64,000 nucleotides of DNA from Raillietiella orientalis (Eukaryota), in contig JAYWIR010000001.1 in assembly GCA_036172245.1 (NCBI GenBank), positions 11,966,001-12,030,000 on the forward strand, read 5' to 3'. Every line of letters begins with the position of its first letter. Position 1 is the first letter of the stretch. The translations under genes were made by a program, and so were the position numbers. This document shows positions 50,801-64,000 of this stretch, one piece after another. Under the pieces are notes generated by a model. That model was given only the letters and a program-made list of their open reading frames with translations. It ran no database searches and had not been told where the DNA came from.

Positions 50801-53800
50801 CCCCATGTGATATGTACAGCAACAATGCTGATCGTCTTTACCATTATCGCATTACTATAAGCCCACCTACAAATTTTTTGGTATAAAAAAATTTCAGCAT
50901 TTAATATTTGGTTTATTTTTCCTTTTGTTCTCTTTTAGGTACGGACTCCCACTGTGATTAACTATGATGGACATGAATTTATTTTTGAAGGTTTTTCATT
51001 ACTTTCCCACTTCCCCTTAGAGAGATTTCCAACATGTTCTGTAATTCGTTTCAATATTCAGTATACAATTCTTTATTTGGAAGAAAAAATGCCAGAGAAC
51101 TTCACTATAATGGAACTGAATCTGTTCAGTAAGTGTATGTATTTGTGTGTTGCCATAGTACAATTTTCTACAGCCAAATACTTATTCACTGAACTATTGG
51201 AGATGGTAGATCTGAATTTAAAAGCAATGGATGAGACTGATGGCTGTGATAGGTTTCACATTCTTCCCAGATTTGTACGTCAGCTTGAAGGTAAGTTATT
51301 ATGTAGGTTTTAATTGAAATAAATTTCGTTTCCTGGAGGATGTGGATCGTTTAATGAAATAGTCATCTTAAAATGAATGGAACACACTATTGTAGTAGTC
51401 TTAAAACTTAAGAGTTTAGATTTATCTTCTTGAAGTTAAGCTAAAGTACTGCGATAGAGTTATATTAAGTATTAGGTGGACACAGTAATATTTGCCAACC
51501 ATGGAGGAGGCAATATGTAGAATTTTTGCATGTTACACTTTAGGTGTATTTTTGTTCAATTGTTGTTTCTGAAAAGCTGCATAAGGAAAGCATGCCAAAA
51601 GAGCACTTAAAGCTAAACTGCATCAGAACATAGTTTCCAAATTTCACAATAAGTTCTTCAAATAAACTTTCACACATGATAACTGAATGCATTCCATAAT
51701 CACATTAAAAGAGATGGAAAGAATCGATAAAGGTCTGGTTTTCATTGTCTTCAGGATGTATTTTTACATTCTGTCTGTGAATAAACAGTGCAAATATTGT
51801 AGCCCTGTCATTTGATAATTATGCAAGAAGTTGATTTTCGGTACTACTGTATTTGTCTGGCAAGTATAATGTACCTTGGAAGTACTGGAACTATAAATTT
51901 CCATAATTTTTTGTGCAGTTCCTTTATGAGGAAGTAGATAGACTGATTATGTGCCATTTTCTAAACACAATTCCAAGGATAGTATTGTAAGATATGGAGG
52001 AAGAATCAAAAGAAAAAGATCAACTTTATAACAAAATGTCTACTTGTGAATATTCCGTTTCGAACTTGGATTAAGTGATTTGTTCAAACTAAATATTTTG
52101 TCCAGAGTCAAAAAGTGCTTTTTTGCATCATCTATTTCACAGGAAACGTGAGTGAAACATGCCCAAGATGAAGTAAAGCATATGAAGAAACTGTGTTCAA
52201 ATTTAAGAGTGAGGAAGTTATAATTTTTAAATACCATGTCTTCTGCTTCAAATTATGTGCAGAATCTTGAAAGGAGTGGGAGTGAGAAGTGATTCATAAA
52301 ATGCTGTTTCAATGGTAGTGCAAATTGAAAACAGCCTTTGCTGTTTAATTTTTGTTCTTGTTGACTTAAAGTAAGAAACTTAGCTCATTGATTCATACGT
52401 AAAAATATGCTGAAAGGGAATGAATCTAGGCCCTGAGTTCGAATGTCTTAATTATTTTGTAAGTCAAAGGACGAGTCTTTTGTTATTATTTTCAAGACAT
52501 ATTCAAGTAGGTCATATTGCTGTGTGACATACGTGAAATTCTGTTTATCAGAGTTATTAAAACTGTTTTAGCTGTTCAAATGAAATGTTTTGTTGATTGA
52601 AGATTATTTTTAGTTATAATTACATATCAATGTAGGGTTAATCTCATTTTGAAAAAAACTAACACTTGAGGAAATTGTTTACTTTGCAAATATCAAGTTT
52701 TATTATTATTGCAGTGTTATGATTTTATCTATTCAGAGCTTTTATTTATTCCCCTATTGTGTTGGGCCCAATTCATGTATTTAAGATTTTACTTTTATGT
52801 GTTCAATATCAAGGTTTGTTGTGTTGTATTGAGTTGCACGTGGTTCATAATTTTTTCAATCTTTATAAAGTTTGATGGTTTCCATAGTTTTGTAAGTGAT
52901 TATAGATCATCAATAAATGCTATTTGAAGTTGGTTGCTGTCTTTTAAGATATCAATAGCTGCTGAAATTATCAGATCAACTCATTCAGTAATCTGATTAA
53001 AGTAATCACAGTTGAAAAAGGATCATTGACCACTCTAAAATTGGTTGATTTTTTACAAACTGTGTTTCTGGTATTTATGTACGTATTTACAAATGTACAT
53101 AATTTTTTTTATATTTTTATATCAGATTCATTGTCTAAGTTACCATTTAAATGCCCAATTCCTGCAACCTTTTTTGAAAGTTTAGAATCCAGCTTGGGTT
53201 TTTAGCTCATTAAATTAAGATAGTTTTGAAAACTTTCGAGAATGAAAAACTAAAAACTACATCCATTCTTTCATGTTTTTGTTATGAAATACTTAAAAAA
53301 AAAATTAAGAAATTGTATTTGAAAAAAATATGATTTGGGTGCTCAGATTTCCCGTATGTATGAAACGTTTCTAAGATTATGTTACGTTTTAGACAATGGA
53401 AAAGAAGTATTATCAATGCACAAAGTCCTGCTTCACTTATTGGAGAATAGTAAACCTCTTGTGGACAAAGCAGACCTCCAGAAGATTGCTTGGATGAGTC
53501 AGAGTGAATGGTACTCCTTTGCAGATAAAGTTAGAGGTAAAGTGCATCTTGTTACCCAGAGTAGCAAAGGTTCCATTTCAGGGATGCTAGTAACCTATCC
53601 AGGAAAAAAACCTGCTTGCATTCGTGTTGATCAGTTGGATAGAGAGGATCTGCTCAAAAATCTTAATGGTGCAAATTTTCCATTTCCTGAAGTCATACAT
53701 TTTGGCATCCGACCTCCTCAGCTGAGTTATGCAGGAAGTCCAGAGTAAAGTATTTTTAAACTCGTACGGGAAATAATGAAGTTGTAGGTACCAGAAGAAA

Positions 53801-56062
53801 TGGAGAGATTATGTGCGCTTACGTCATTTGTTAGCAAATAAGCCCAAACCAACTTTTGAAGACAAACGAAAATTGGAATCTCGAGAAGTGGAACTGCAGA
53901 AGATGAGACTCAAAGCAAGCTTGAAACGTGATGTGACAGTGGTGCTTTCTAGTGAGGGATTTTACCGCACAGGAATCATGTGTGACTTGGTCCAAGTATG
54001 TGCATATATGTTTAGTGTGATGTCTTGATGGTGTTTATTTTTTGTTTTTTTTTTTTTTTTTTTCTTTTTAGCATGCAATGCTTCTTCCAGTATTGATTTG
54101 TCACTTGCGCTTTCATTTATCTTTGTCCGTTCTGGAAGATAGTATCGGATATCATTTCCGTAATCGTGCCTTACTCCAATTAGCACTCACTCATCCATCA
54201 TATCGAGAAAATTTTGGTACAAACCCAGATCATGCCCGCAATTCCCTAACAAATTGTGGTATTCGGCATCCTGAATACGGAGACCGACGTGTGCATTACC
54301 AAAATACAAGAAAACGAGGTTAGCTTCGAACATTTTGGCCCCCTTTTTATGTTCCTCTATTACTCAGGGATCAATACACTTATCCAGATCATGTCCCGTT
54401 TTGGCAAGCACAAAGAGACTGCATCCAACATCAATCATAATGAGCGTCTAGAGTTTTTGGGAGATGCTGTTGTGGAATTTCTCACAACTATTCACTTGTT
54501 CTTCTTATTTCCATCCATTGAGGAAGGTGGATTGGCCACATATCGTGCAGCTATTGTCCAAAACCAGCATTTAGCTGTATTGGCACAAAAACTGAATCTG
54601 GAAAAATATTTGTTGTATGCTCATGGCTCTGATTTATGCCATGAGGTAGAGCTGCGACATGCAATGGCCAACTGTTTTGAAGCATTAATTGGTGCTTTGC
54701 TTCTAGATGCTGGGCTGAAGGTCAGTATTAGTCTCAACTAATCTCCAGGTCTCATTTTTACACATCTTAGAAGACAAATGAGATCTTCTCTAAGGCCCTA
54801 TTTGCTGATCAGCCAGAGTTGTTGGAGATTTGGCTAGGTTTGCCTCTTCATCCTTTACAAGAACAAGAACCAGAATGTGATCGGCACTGGATAGATAAAG
54901 TTCCTTTCTTGAAAAAGTTAACGCAGTTCGAAAAAGAAATTGGCATCGAATTCCATCACATTAGGATGTTAGCAAGAGCCTTCACAGACCGGAGTGTTGG
55001 TTACAATGACTTAACAATGTATGTGTGTGTTTTCAATTTGAAAGTGATTCGTGACCTTTTACAGGGGCTCCAATCAGCGACTTGAGTTTCTGGGAGATAC
55101 AGTTTTACAGCTCATTGCATCCGAACATTTGTATAAACATTTTCCTGAACATCATGAAGGTCATTTGTCGGTGAGTCTCAGGATCATGTGAAGCATCCTT
55201 TGCCTCGGTAGTTGCTCCGAAGTTCCCTTGTTAACAACTGCACACAATCTGTTGTCTGTGATGATCTTGGCATGACAAAGTATGCCATGTACCGGGCTCC
55301 GAAATTGGAGCTTAAAGTTAAAGACAGAGCTGATTTGCTGGAAGCATTTTTGGGTGCACTCTTCATTGACAAAGTGAGCATGGACTCTGATTAATCACTA
55401 TGGTGGTTGCAGGGATTACAGTATTGTTGGAAATTTTGTGAAGTTTGCTTCTTTCCAAGATTGCAGCAATTTATTTTGAATCAAGAATGGAATGATCCAA
55501 AGTCGAAATTGCAGCAGTGTTGCTTAACACTGAGGTCAGCAGATGGTGGTGAACCAGATATCCCTGTGTATAAGTATGCATGAATGCATTTTGATTTAGG
55601 TAACTGTGGAATTTGGCTAGAGTTTTAGAATGCAAAGGACCCACAAACATGCGGATTTATACTGTTGCAGTATATTTTCGCCACAAACGTCTTGCCAAAG
55701 CAATGGGTGCTAGTATTCAAACAGCTGAAATGAATGCTGCCAAAGCTGCATTGGAAACATGTAGAGGTAGATGTTATTCATTCGTGCACTAACCTGCAGC
55801 GTTGTTTTGCACTTCAGATTTGTTCCCTCAGTTGGTCTACCAACAGAAAGTTGTTCAAAAAATGATGAAAAAAAATACAATAGAAGAAAAACTAGATGCA
55901 GCAGCACAAGCACAAGAAAATCTACCTGATGAAGGCCTTCCATTAAGCTATCGCTCAGCGAATTCAATAACAGAAATTCAAAAATGCATTAAGAAATCTA
56001 GAAAAAAGAAAAAGAAAAAAGATGCACAAAAACAAAATCATATGGCTGATGATGGTAATTGA
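47833..56062 (+). CDS. drosha: Drosha, class 2 ribonuclease III (Microprocessor); 18 exons, ~1402 aa
   Basis: Exons 47833-48941, 48989-49096, 49147-49295, 49342-49526, 50713-50880, 50939-51128, 51174-51290, 53393-53536, 53582-53744, 53788-53995, 54072-54318, 54368-54720, 54771-55018, 55065-55170, 55212-55373, 55413-55573, 55621-55766, 55818-56062 (4209 nt open). Motifs [34 protein letters not shown], RNase IIIa [12 protein letters not shown], RNase IIIb [10 protein letters not shown] and ds[18 protein letters not shown]. Confidence 0.97.
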
Positions 56063-57286
56063 GTGGGCAGAGTGCAATTATGCCTCATCATGGTTTCTAT
56101 AGTTTTGGGTCTTTGACAGTCATTATGAAGATACTGGTGGAAAAATTTCGATATCTCATGAGGGGTGAATTTTTGTGCATGAGAAAGAAATCCATAGGCT
56201 TTAATTGCAGAAAATAAACTTCTAAGCATAGATTGTATGCAACAGTAAATTAATGTCATATTTATCTAATCACCATGTAAGAATTTTAACAAAATTGAGT
56301 ACTGATGATGGAACAGTGAAATAGTAGTAAAGGAAATTTGTGATGTTGAATGAACAGGATTCACTACAAATATTATACATTACCAAGTGGATTATATTGA
56401 GCTGAGAATATAATGAATTTTCAATTCAATTAGGTGTACAGTAGACGTGATTTTTGTAGTTTAGACCTATGATTAAACCAAGCGCATCAAGAGCAAAAGT
56501 TATTAGGATTTTCAGCTCAACTTTTCTTGGGATATTGTCTTTAATTAGAAAATTATTAAAACCAATTAATGGATTTGTTTACAAATAGAAAACAAATAAA
56601 CAAGAGTCAAGTAGGAAACAAAGAGGATGATGATTTCAAGCAATATTCTAGGATAAAAGTTTTAGAGAATATGATTTCAGAAAGGTCCAAACAGTGACAT
56701 TAACTGGCTTACTTCACAGAAACTATTAAATGCAGAGCAAGAAAATGCAATCCAGAAAAATTAGCCAGAACTTTATGGCATAATATTGATGAGTTTCAAA
56801 TTAGCTTGACAATGTAGATGTATAATTTGGCATATGGATACCTTGTCCATCAGTACTTTGCTACTGTCAGTTGCTGTGTATTTTGTGAGTTTTAAATAAG
56901 CTGATTTCTTATTGCATGCAGATTTGTTAACAAATATAAGCAAAAGGAAAAGAAATGATTAATGATAAAAAAAAGTGTTAGAGTGGAATTAAGTTTCAAT
57001 CCCTTAAATAGTACATTAAAAAATTAGGAAGTATTTGATAAATTATGGTTTATTTCATGAGTGGGTTGTTTTGAACTTTACTTCTAACTTTAACTTCTAA
57101 AGTTGTAGTAAGTTCTGAAGTGTTACTTCAAACATTACCATGTAAACAATACCTGGTTCCATTTTTCCATGTCACTGCTCAAGATTGCTTATGATGAACA
57201 AAAAAGCTAAGTTAGCAAACCAATTACTCTATTATCAAAATATCGTCAATTGCACGAGTCCATTTAATTGTTGCAAGTTTTCAATG

Positions 57287-58509
57287 CTATGTAAAAAAGT
57301 GAAGTAATTCAAAAACAACTTCCACCAAAATTAGTGCTATAATCATAAGTTCTAGGCGAACATGATGCTGGTCACTGAGATGGGAATCAAGCAGCTCCAT
57401 TATTTGGCAACAATGCTGAAGTTTCTCGTTAATGACTCTTGTTCTTTGGGGAATTGAAAGATAGTATCTCATCTGTGTATACAGTTTCTCCAGTTCTTCT
57501 CTATCCCAATAAAAGTCTGGTGTATCTAGCAAATCTGAACTCAGATTGATATGATGTCTCAAGGAAAAGAGTTCACCACATTTGCTGAGAATCTGAACTC
57601 TGCTTAAGTGCAGGAGTTTACCCTTCTTCAAGTCCTAGAGCAAGGTGAGCTAATTTGAGAAGCTTTCAAGAATAGCATAAGCCCACCTTATAAACAAATT
57701 CGATGCTATCAGCTAAAGCATCCAAGCTTGCTTCCCATATCCCAAGCTTAACAGAGAGAGCTAAAGCATTGGAAAAGGCATATCTTTCAGAAGAGTCAGT
57801 GTAATGAATGTTTCCTAGTCGAATAATACCATTGTCTAAACAAGTTTTGCTAAATATTCCAATTAGTTTGTGTCATAATTTCTAATAAATGCAAACAATA
57901 CCTGTCATTGGTTATACTGAATGGTAAAGTTTCACTCTCTATGGTAATTACAGAAGACTCATAACTACCAACTTCACAATCTTTAATTAATTCAAGAATT
58001 CTGCTTTGGTGTTCTTGTTTTACGTTCCAAAATACAACTGCACCTTCCTCAAAACAAAAGATATGCTCTTGTGCTTGTTGATTCTTTGCTAGCCCAATGA
58101 AATGCAAGACATTTTCACTTTCCGGAGTTAACAAGGAAATAGAAGGCTCTAAATCTACTTGATTGAGCTTTTTCTTCAAGTGCAATAAGCTGTAGCTTTC
58201 TGCAGTTGCATAAGCTGTTACTTCCATCATAGGATGGTCAGCAGAGTTTGTATCAGGACAGAACTTTTTTTTTTTATACTGCCTTTCATTGAACTGCAAG
58301 TGCCTTTGTGAAAAGCACTTTACTGATCTGGCATAGGCATATTTTTGAAAAAATTGAGCATTCTTTGGAATGTGTGAGGCAAAGCTGTGGAATAAGCTGC
58401 AATTGTTGGGGCACAAATCCACGGGGAACTTCATACATATGATCCATGACATGAGCCCTTTAGGTGGTGCTTTCGAAACAACGGAAGCGAACATAGAATA
58501 CCTGAACAT
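57287..58509 (-). CDS. RMND1: Required for meiotic nuclear division 1 homolog (RMND1/DUF155, mitochondrial); 3 exons, 372 aa
   Basis: Exons 58509-57902, 57849-57687, 57634-57287 with two 52-nt introns. Motifs VTAYATAESY, FCFEEGAVVFWNV, YAFSNALALSVKLGIWEASLD, INLSSDLLDTPDFYW and RLELMIIALILVEV. Basic presequence-like N-terminus. Confidence 0.93.
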
Positions 58510-61500
58510 GCGTTTCGAACCAGTTTGCGTATCACATGGTAAACAGATTCACAGATTCTTAAACTGTGATTGGTATTACTCTGTGCACCTTCCAATCACT
58601 ATGCCATTTAAAATCGAATGAGGCACTAGTTAGCTACGTACCGTACTTGGTTACATCACAATAATCAGGAACACTTATGCAGATCCATATGCGAGCACAG
58701 GTGAGCAGTACAATTTTGCGTATTTCAAAATAAAGGACAAGAATACAGGAAAAATGTTCAGGTTTGTAATGCGATTGCAAGAAACGTTACGACAGTTGAA
58801 AGACACCCAAAGGTAGCGCCACACTTCCAAGCAGTGGAGAGCATGACATTAAAAAAATGCCGGCGTACGTTGAGCCATTGAAAGGAACGTTCAAATGAAG
58901 CAACCTCCAAAGAGTAAACGGCGCCTAACTACTCCAACACGAGGTAAAAATGAAAAACAGGGAAAAAACTTATGACAAATACAGGTTTTCTAGAAAATGC
59001 TGAAACCAAGTTATCTAATCAAGTTCTTTAAAAACCATCTGAAATGCTTTCGGCAGCGGTGCTTTGCACACAACATTGTCCCATTAAATTATTAAAAAAG
59101 GCTACGAATTTCCCTTCCAATTTATACTCTATTCGATAAAGATGGAAAAATTTAGAAATGTGCAGGAAATTATTTGGAAACCTGTCCTAAGGTTTAGCAC
59201 TAGTCTGTCGCTGAGATGAATGAATGCAGCTGATAACTGGAATCTGCTTGAATCGGCTCCTTTGCAGGAGGATGATCATGAAAAGTGACAAAGGAAGAAT
59301 GAATTGGGAAATGACCTAAACTGAAGACAAACTAAAGTAGAAAAGACTAGAAGCTACTTTGTGTTTGACATTCAGATTAGTCTCAATAACAAAGTTTTAA
59401 CAAATCATGGCATGAGACGACCGGAAAACTAGGCAACTGCTATCAATTTAGAAACTATTTCTAATTAAAAGGTAGCTAACATCTGTGAGATCGATTAAAT
59501 GCAACTAGGTTATAGAGTGCGGAGAAAATTTTAGTATAAGCCTAAAGATATGGATTTTGCAATCCGAGTTCTGTTTCGATCGAGAAGTGGGGCACAGTAA
59601 GGCTTACTGTTAAGGAAATCAATCAATCGTATTGCAAAGCAACTAACTAGAAGAATAAGTCCAACACAGAATAAGTCCAACTTCTATGCAGCTGAAGCTA
59701 CACAGAAGAACAAGTCAATAAAGTCACCAGTGATGCCTACCTTTATTTGCTGTTTGTCTTGGTTCTCTTTTCCAGTTTTCACTGATTGCAGGAAGAAAAC
59801 TGGGAAGAAAAGAGACATCCCAGCTTCCAGATGAATAATCAGGACGCAGTCTAGGTCTTTGAATAACCTGCTTTAGGTCAAACTTGAAAAAAATTTCAAA
59901 TTTGATAATACGAGTAGGATTGATCTCTTGAAACATGATTCAGAGAACCAAAAAAAAAAAAAAGCAGGAATTTTGACATCAAGTAAACAAATACCAAAAG
60001 CAATTCTAAACGCTCTTAATTTCTTTTCGACCCTTTTTGACCATTCGAACATATGGTTTGGGAGTGAAATCCACACAGACAAGTCATGAGTGCATTCATA
60101 GATCAAATTAAAGTTTATCATGATTGATGTGCCAAAATCCATTATACTACTGGTTTAGCAAATAGCGCCAAGACAACAAGGCGTTGCCTTATTTTCTGGA
60201 GCTGCAGTATTAACCAGGAAGAAATTCGTGAAGTGCGTAGAGCTAAATATTCCAGTCACTGAGGTGTCTCCAATTCTTGCAATAACCGTGATGAATCTTA
60301 AACCGTCTAATGTTAAATCATGATGAGCACTTAACCACCTGATGCTCGAAATAAGCATAATAAACATACAGACACCAAGAATAATATTCTGTCATGCATT
60401 TATGCTCCTTCCTCTTGCTATACTCTTGGGACCTGGTCCAGATACTCTGGTACAGTAACCGTAAAAATTCTCAACTGAAATTTAAATTTATCGTAAACAT
60501 TTTCTGAAGTGTGGACGCATACGAAAATGAATCCATTTTGAACCTTGCTTCTCCAATTTTGAAAAATAGACATCTGACTCAACGAACTAATAAAATAAAG
60601 GTAATCAAATAGAAGTCCGAAACCATCATCTTCAAGGGGAAAAAGCCATTAGCTTTCTCATAGCTCGTTTCCTTTGTGGTCACCCCAATTGACTTTTCCT
60701 ACGAAAAGGTCTTTTGTGCTTAAATAGTGTTTTTTTTTTTAAAAAAAAAAAAAGTTTCTTCTCCCAAGCTACTTCCATAATTTAAAAAAATTAAAATGGA
60801 TCTTCAGCAACCATAAAATACAGACATCATAAAATCTTTATGCATTCGTATGCGATTCCAACATTCAGCTTATAGCCGTTTTGTAAATGAAAGACACATT
60901 TTCCTGTTGAGGAATGAGAAGCAACTGGTCAAAACATGGACAGATTGATGAAAACAAACTGATCCCTACTACAAGCACCTTGTGGAAAGAAAAAGACTTG
61001 GTCTTCGGCTCCTTGGGCGCAATATTTATGAAGTGGACCCCACAGTGCAGTCGAATATGAAATCAGGGAGCACCGAGTAGGAGAAGCTTTAAAAAGCTTT
61101 TACATCCTTTAGAGATAAACTACAGGAAGAAACTCGCAGTGAAAAAGCACAACACAATTAAAAACATGCTACATGTGATCTGCATAGGAAAATCGGATAT
61201 TGGTGAGGCCATGGGGTAATCTTCGGCCTTCGACTTCATTCCATGAGGTGATTGCCGAAAGAACAAAAACCCTTTCTACATCAGTTAGTAGTCACAAAAC
61301 ACAACAAACGATATCAATTACTATTTTTTACTCGATTGGAAAAACTTTGCAGATGACTGATCTCGTGGTACTTTCTTGTTATACGACGTCGAGATACCTG
61401 GTGAGTTTCTTGAAACAAAATATCCACAAATTTCATTGTTTTTTTTTTAAATATTGATCACAAGATACTTTACTATTTTCACAGTGAGTGTTGTCAGGCT

Positions 61501-64000
61501 TACATTAAGTTTTCAATTTGAAATTTTAATACTGCGCTTGCAATTCAATCTGCAATGAAACAAAGACCAACAGAGTTTCAAGAAACTATTACATCATTTG
61601 CCTGTACTAAGGCGTACAGCAAACGGAATATTCTCAAATTATAGGCTTCTGAACCACTGCTATGGCAAGGGCCGAAATTCGAACAGACAAATAATCAACT
61701 AAAAAAATGCATGCAGCAATTGTACGATAGAATTCAAAGGTTGTTGACAATTCTAAGATTACTTTTTATGTAACATAAAAATTAACATCAACTTCTATGA
61801 ATTTTGCATCGATGATACCGCAGTTGTAAAATGGCACTCCAAAAATATCCAATCTTCTTTCAATACTTAGGAAAATCCTATTAATACATGATGCCTTTGT
61901 AAACTTATTTATCAAACTTGGCAGACAAATATATGACCTATTTGAGTGTTTCTTGAATAACTTTAGAATTAGATTCCACTGAAATTTTCAGCTTAGTAAG
62001 CATTTATTGTACATCACGATAGATGGCTGCAGATATCAATGCAATTATCGTCTTTTACAAACTGATAAATATACCAGTTTCCAAAGAAAATTGGTGAATA
62101 ATTTCTTATGATAGCGCTAAAAATGAGAAAGCTTCAAAATGTTTGAAGAAATATTTGCTTGTTTTATTGCATTTGTTTTCACAGTACCTCAACTTAAGAT
62201 GAAAAGAACATTGGAAACCAATAAGACTTTCGCATAAGTAAATGAGCAATCCAACATAGTAAGATCCAACAACTAGCACGATCTCGATCTCTATACTTTC
62301 AATGCAATAATGAAATAATTAACTGTAAGATATACTGATTCAATAACTATTGCAAATAACTTCAAGATTTTAAACTAATAGCTACGCTGATTCTAAGAGG
62401 AGTACTTACTTTAAATTGTAGAATGGTAATTTCACAAGATGCAAAAAGACATGGAGAACACCTAATAACATATTGGATAGGTGCTCAGTATGCAATTACA
62501 TTTATTTACAACAAGTAATTCAGCACTTTGTTACAACAAAGGGCTTGAATGCAATATTTTGAAGTCACCAAGTGAAGACATTTGTCTTCCATTTGTGATG
62601 GTTTGAAAGACAGGATTCTACCAACATTCTTAAGTGTAATTGGTAGACAACTGGTTCAGGAATGGTGTAACAAAGTCACTCATGAGTGAATAAGCATGGT
62701 CCTCATTGCTGCTGTCAGCAGATGGAGTTTAGAATATCCTGAAATTTATATCTTGTTTGTCCTAAATGAAATGAAATGCACAATTATCTGAAAACAATGC
62801 TTGGGATAAGTAGTGGGCAGCATGTTTCACCTTTGTACCCAAATAGTATTCCAAAATATTTACAAATCTCTTCAAATACGTTATTAATGGAAATCCTATT
62901 AATACATGAAGTATTTGTAAATTTCTTCATCAAATCCACAAACTTATCAGTTTCATAATATATGCTCACAATAATATGGTTTAGGGTATTAAAATAACGT
63001 GCAACTATATACTCATTCCTAAGTACTCTAGGAATACATTCAACATTACAAAATTTCTTATTAAAGAATTTGAAAAATCTAACGTCGTGATTTCCAATTT
63101 TAAAAATTACCCAAAATTTGTCTCGGGTTTGAATGAAAATTATTACTATACATCCATGTATGAATTTAAATGTTCCAGAATTGGAAACTTATACAGATAT
63201 GCATAAGTACTATGATACTGAATTTTTATTGCCAAATTACTAACGTCTCCACAGTTGAACTGATTCGACAGCAGCAAAATCATTGGCGTTTCTCTGCTTT
63301 CCCTTTCCCTTTTTATTTTATAAAAAATACAGTTCACAGTCAAAATCCACCTACCTCTAAATCCTCCTTAATTCTTTACCAGTGTGCTACATCTGCATGT
63401 CTATTTATACTTAACAAAAGAGAAAACCTGAAAATAATACAAATGAAAACGGTGTTATACACCGAAACGATCATGCACTTTACCAATATACCGGTCGTTT
63501 GCTTCCAACTGACCTTTTCAGAAGTCTTCCTCAGCTTGCGGTACTACAAGGTTAACAGGGCCGATGACTGTTGGGACAAAAAACCATGGCTATTCCCATC
63601 CATTTCCATTTCCATTTTCCATTTTCATTTCCAAACATCAATCAGCGGCACACTCCATAAATTGTTGATGACATATGATCGAAACCATTATTCACAGGTC
63701 TGTTCTTGGTAATGAACATAAATACAAATCCAGACATTGCCTAGGCATTTCTTTTTTTTTTAATATATGAAGCGTGCAAAAGTTACATTTTCAGTTACAT
63801 TCAGTACTTGATACCTCAGCTGTTGCTGACAGGTCGATGTCCAGCATCGCTCTCCAAATTTTCGGGTTCCTTCACGTACTCTGACAGAGTTGCCGCCTTT
63901 TGAAGTGTATACGTACGTTCTTTGTTCGATTGAATTTTGGGTCTTTCAGCCTCGAAATTGCACCAGGAATATGAAAAGGATGTACCTTTCAGTGAACTCA

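Overview
Eukaryotic (animal; the Drosha sequence looks invertebrate/arthropod-like) genomic window with very short spliceosomal introns, mostly 39-58 nt. It has two compositional halves. The first ~35 kb is GC-rich and repeat-dense. It holds a cluster of decayed L1/Tx1-like retrotransposon fragments, all on the minus strand, and five copies of a ~1 kb tRNA-headed SINE-like element with an internal tandem hairpin array. It also holds an intact 9-exon gene for a secreted pepsin-fold protein that has lost both catalytic motifs, a BTBD8-like gene and several orphan ORFs. The last ~28 kb is AT-rich and holds a decayed pogo/Tigger transposase, ANKRD13 (minus), Drosha (plus, 18 exons, ~1402 aa) and RMND1 (minus). 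The most notable items are the pepsin-like pseudoprotease hidden by tiny introns, the structured SINE-like family, a conserved 3' stem-loop in the L1-like family and a pre-miRNA-like hairpin at 36.7 kb. All gene models were spliced by hand from GT-AG sites and frame continuity, and family assignments come from remembered motifs; no database searches were run.
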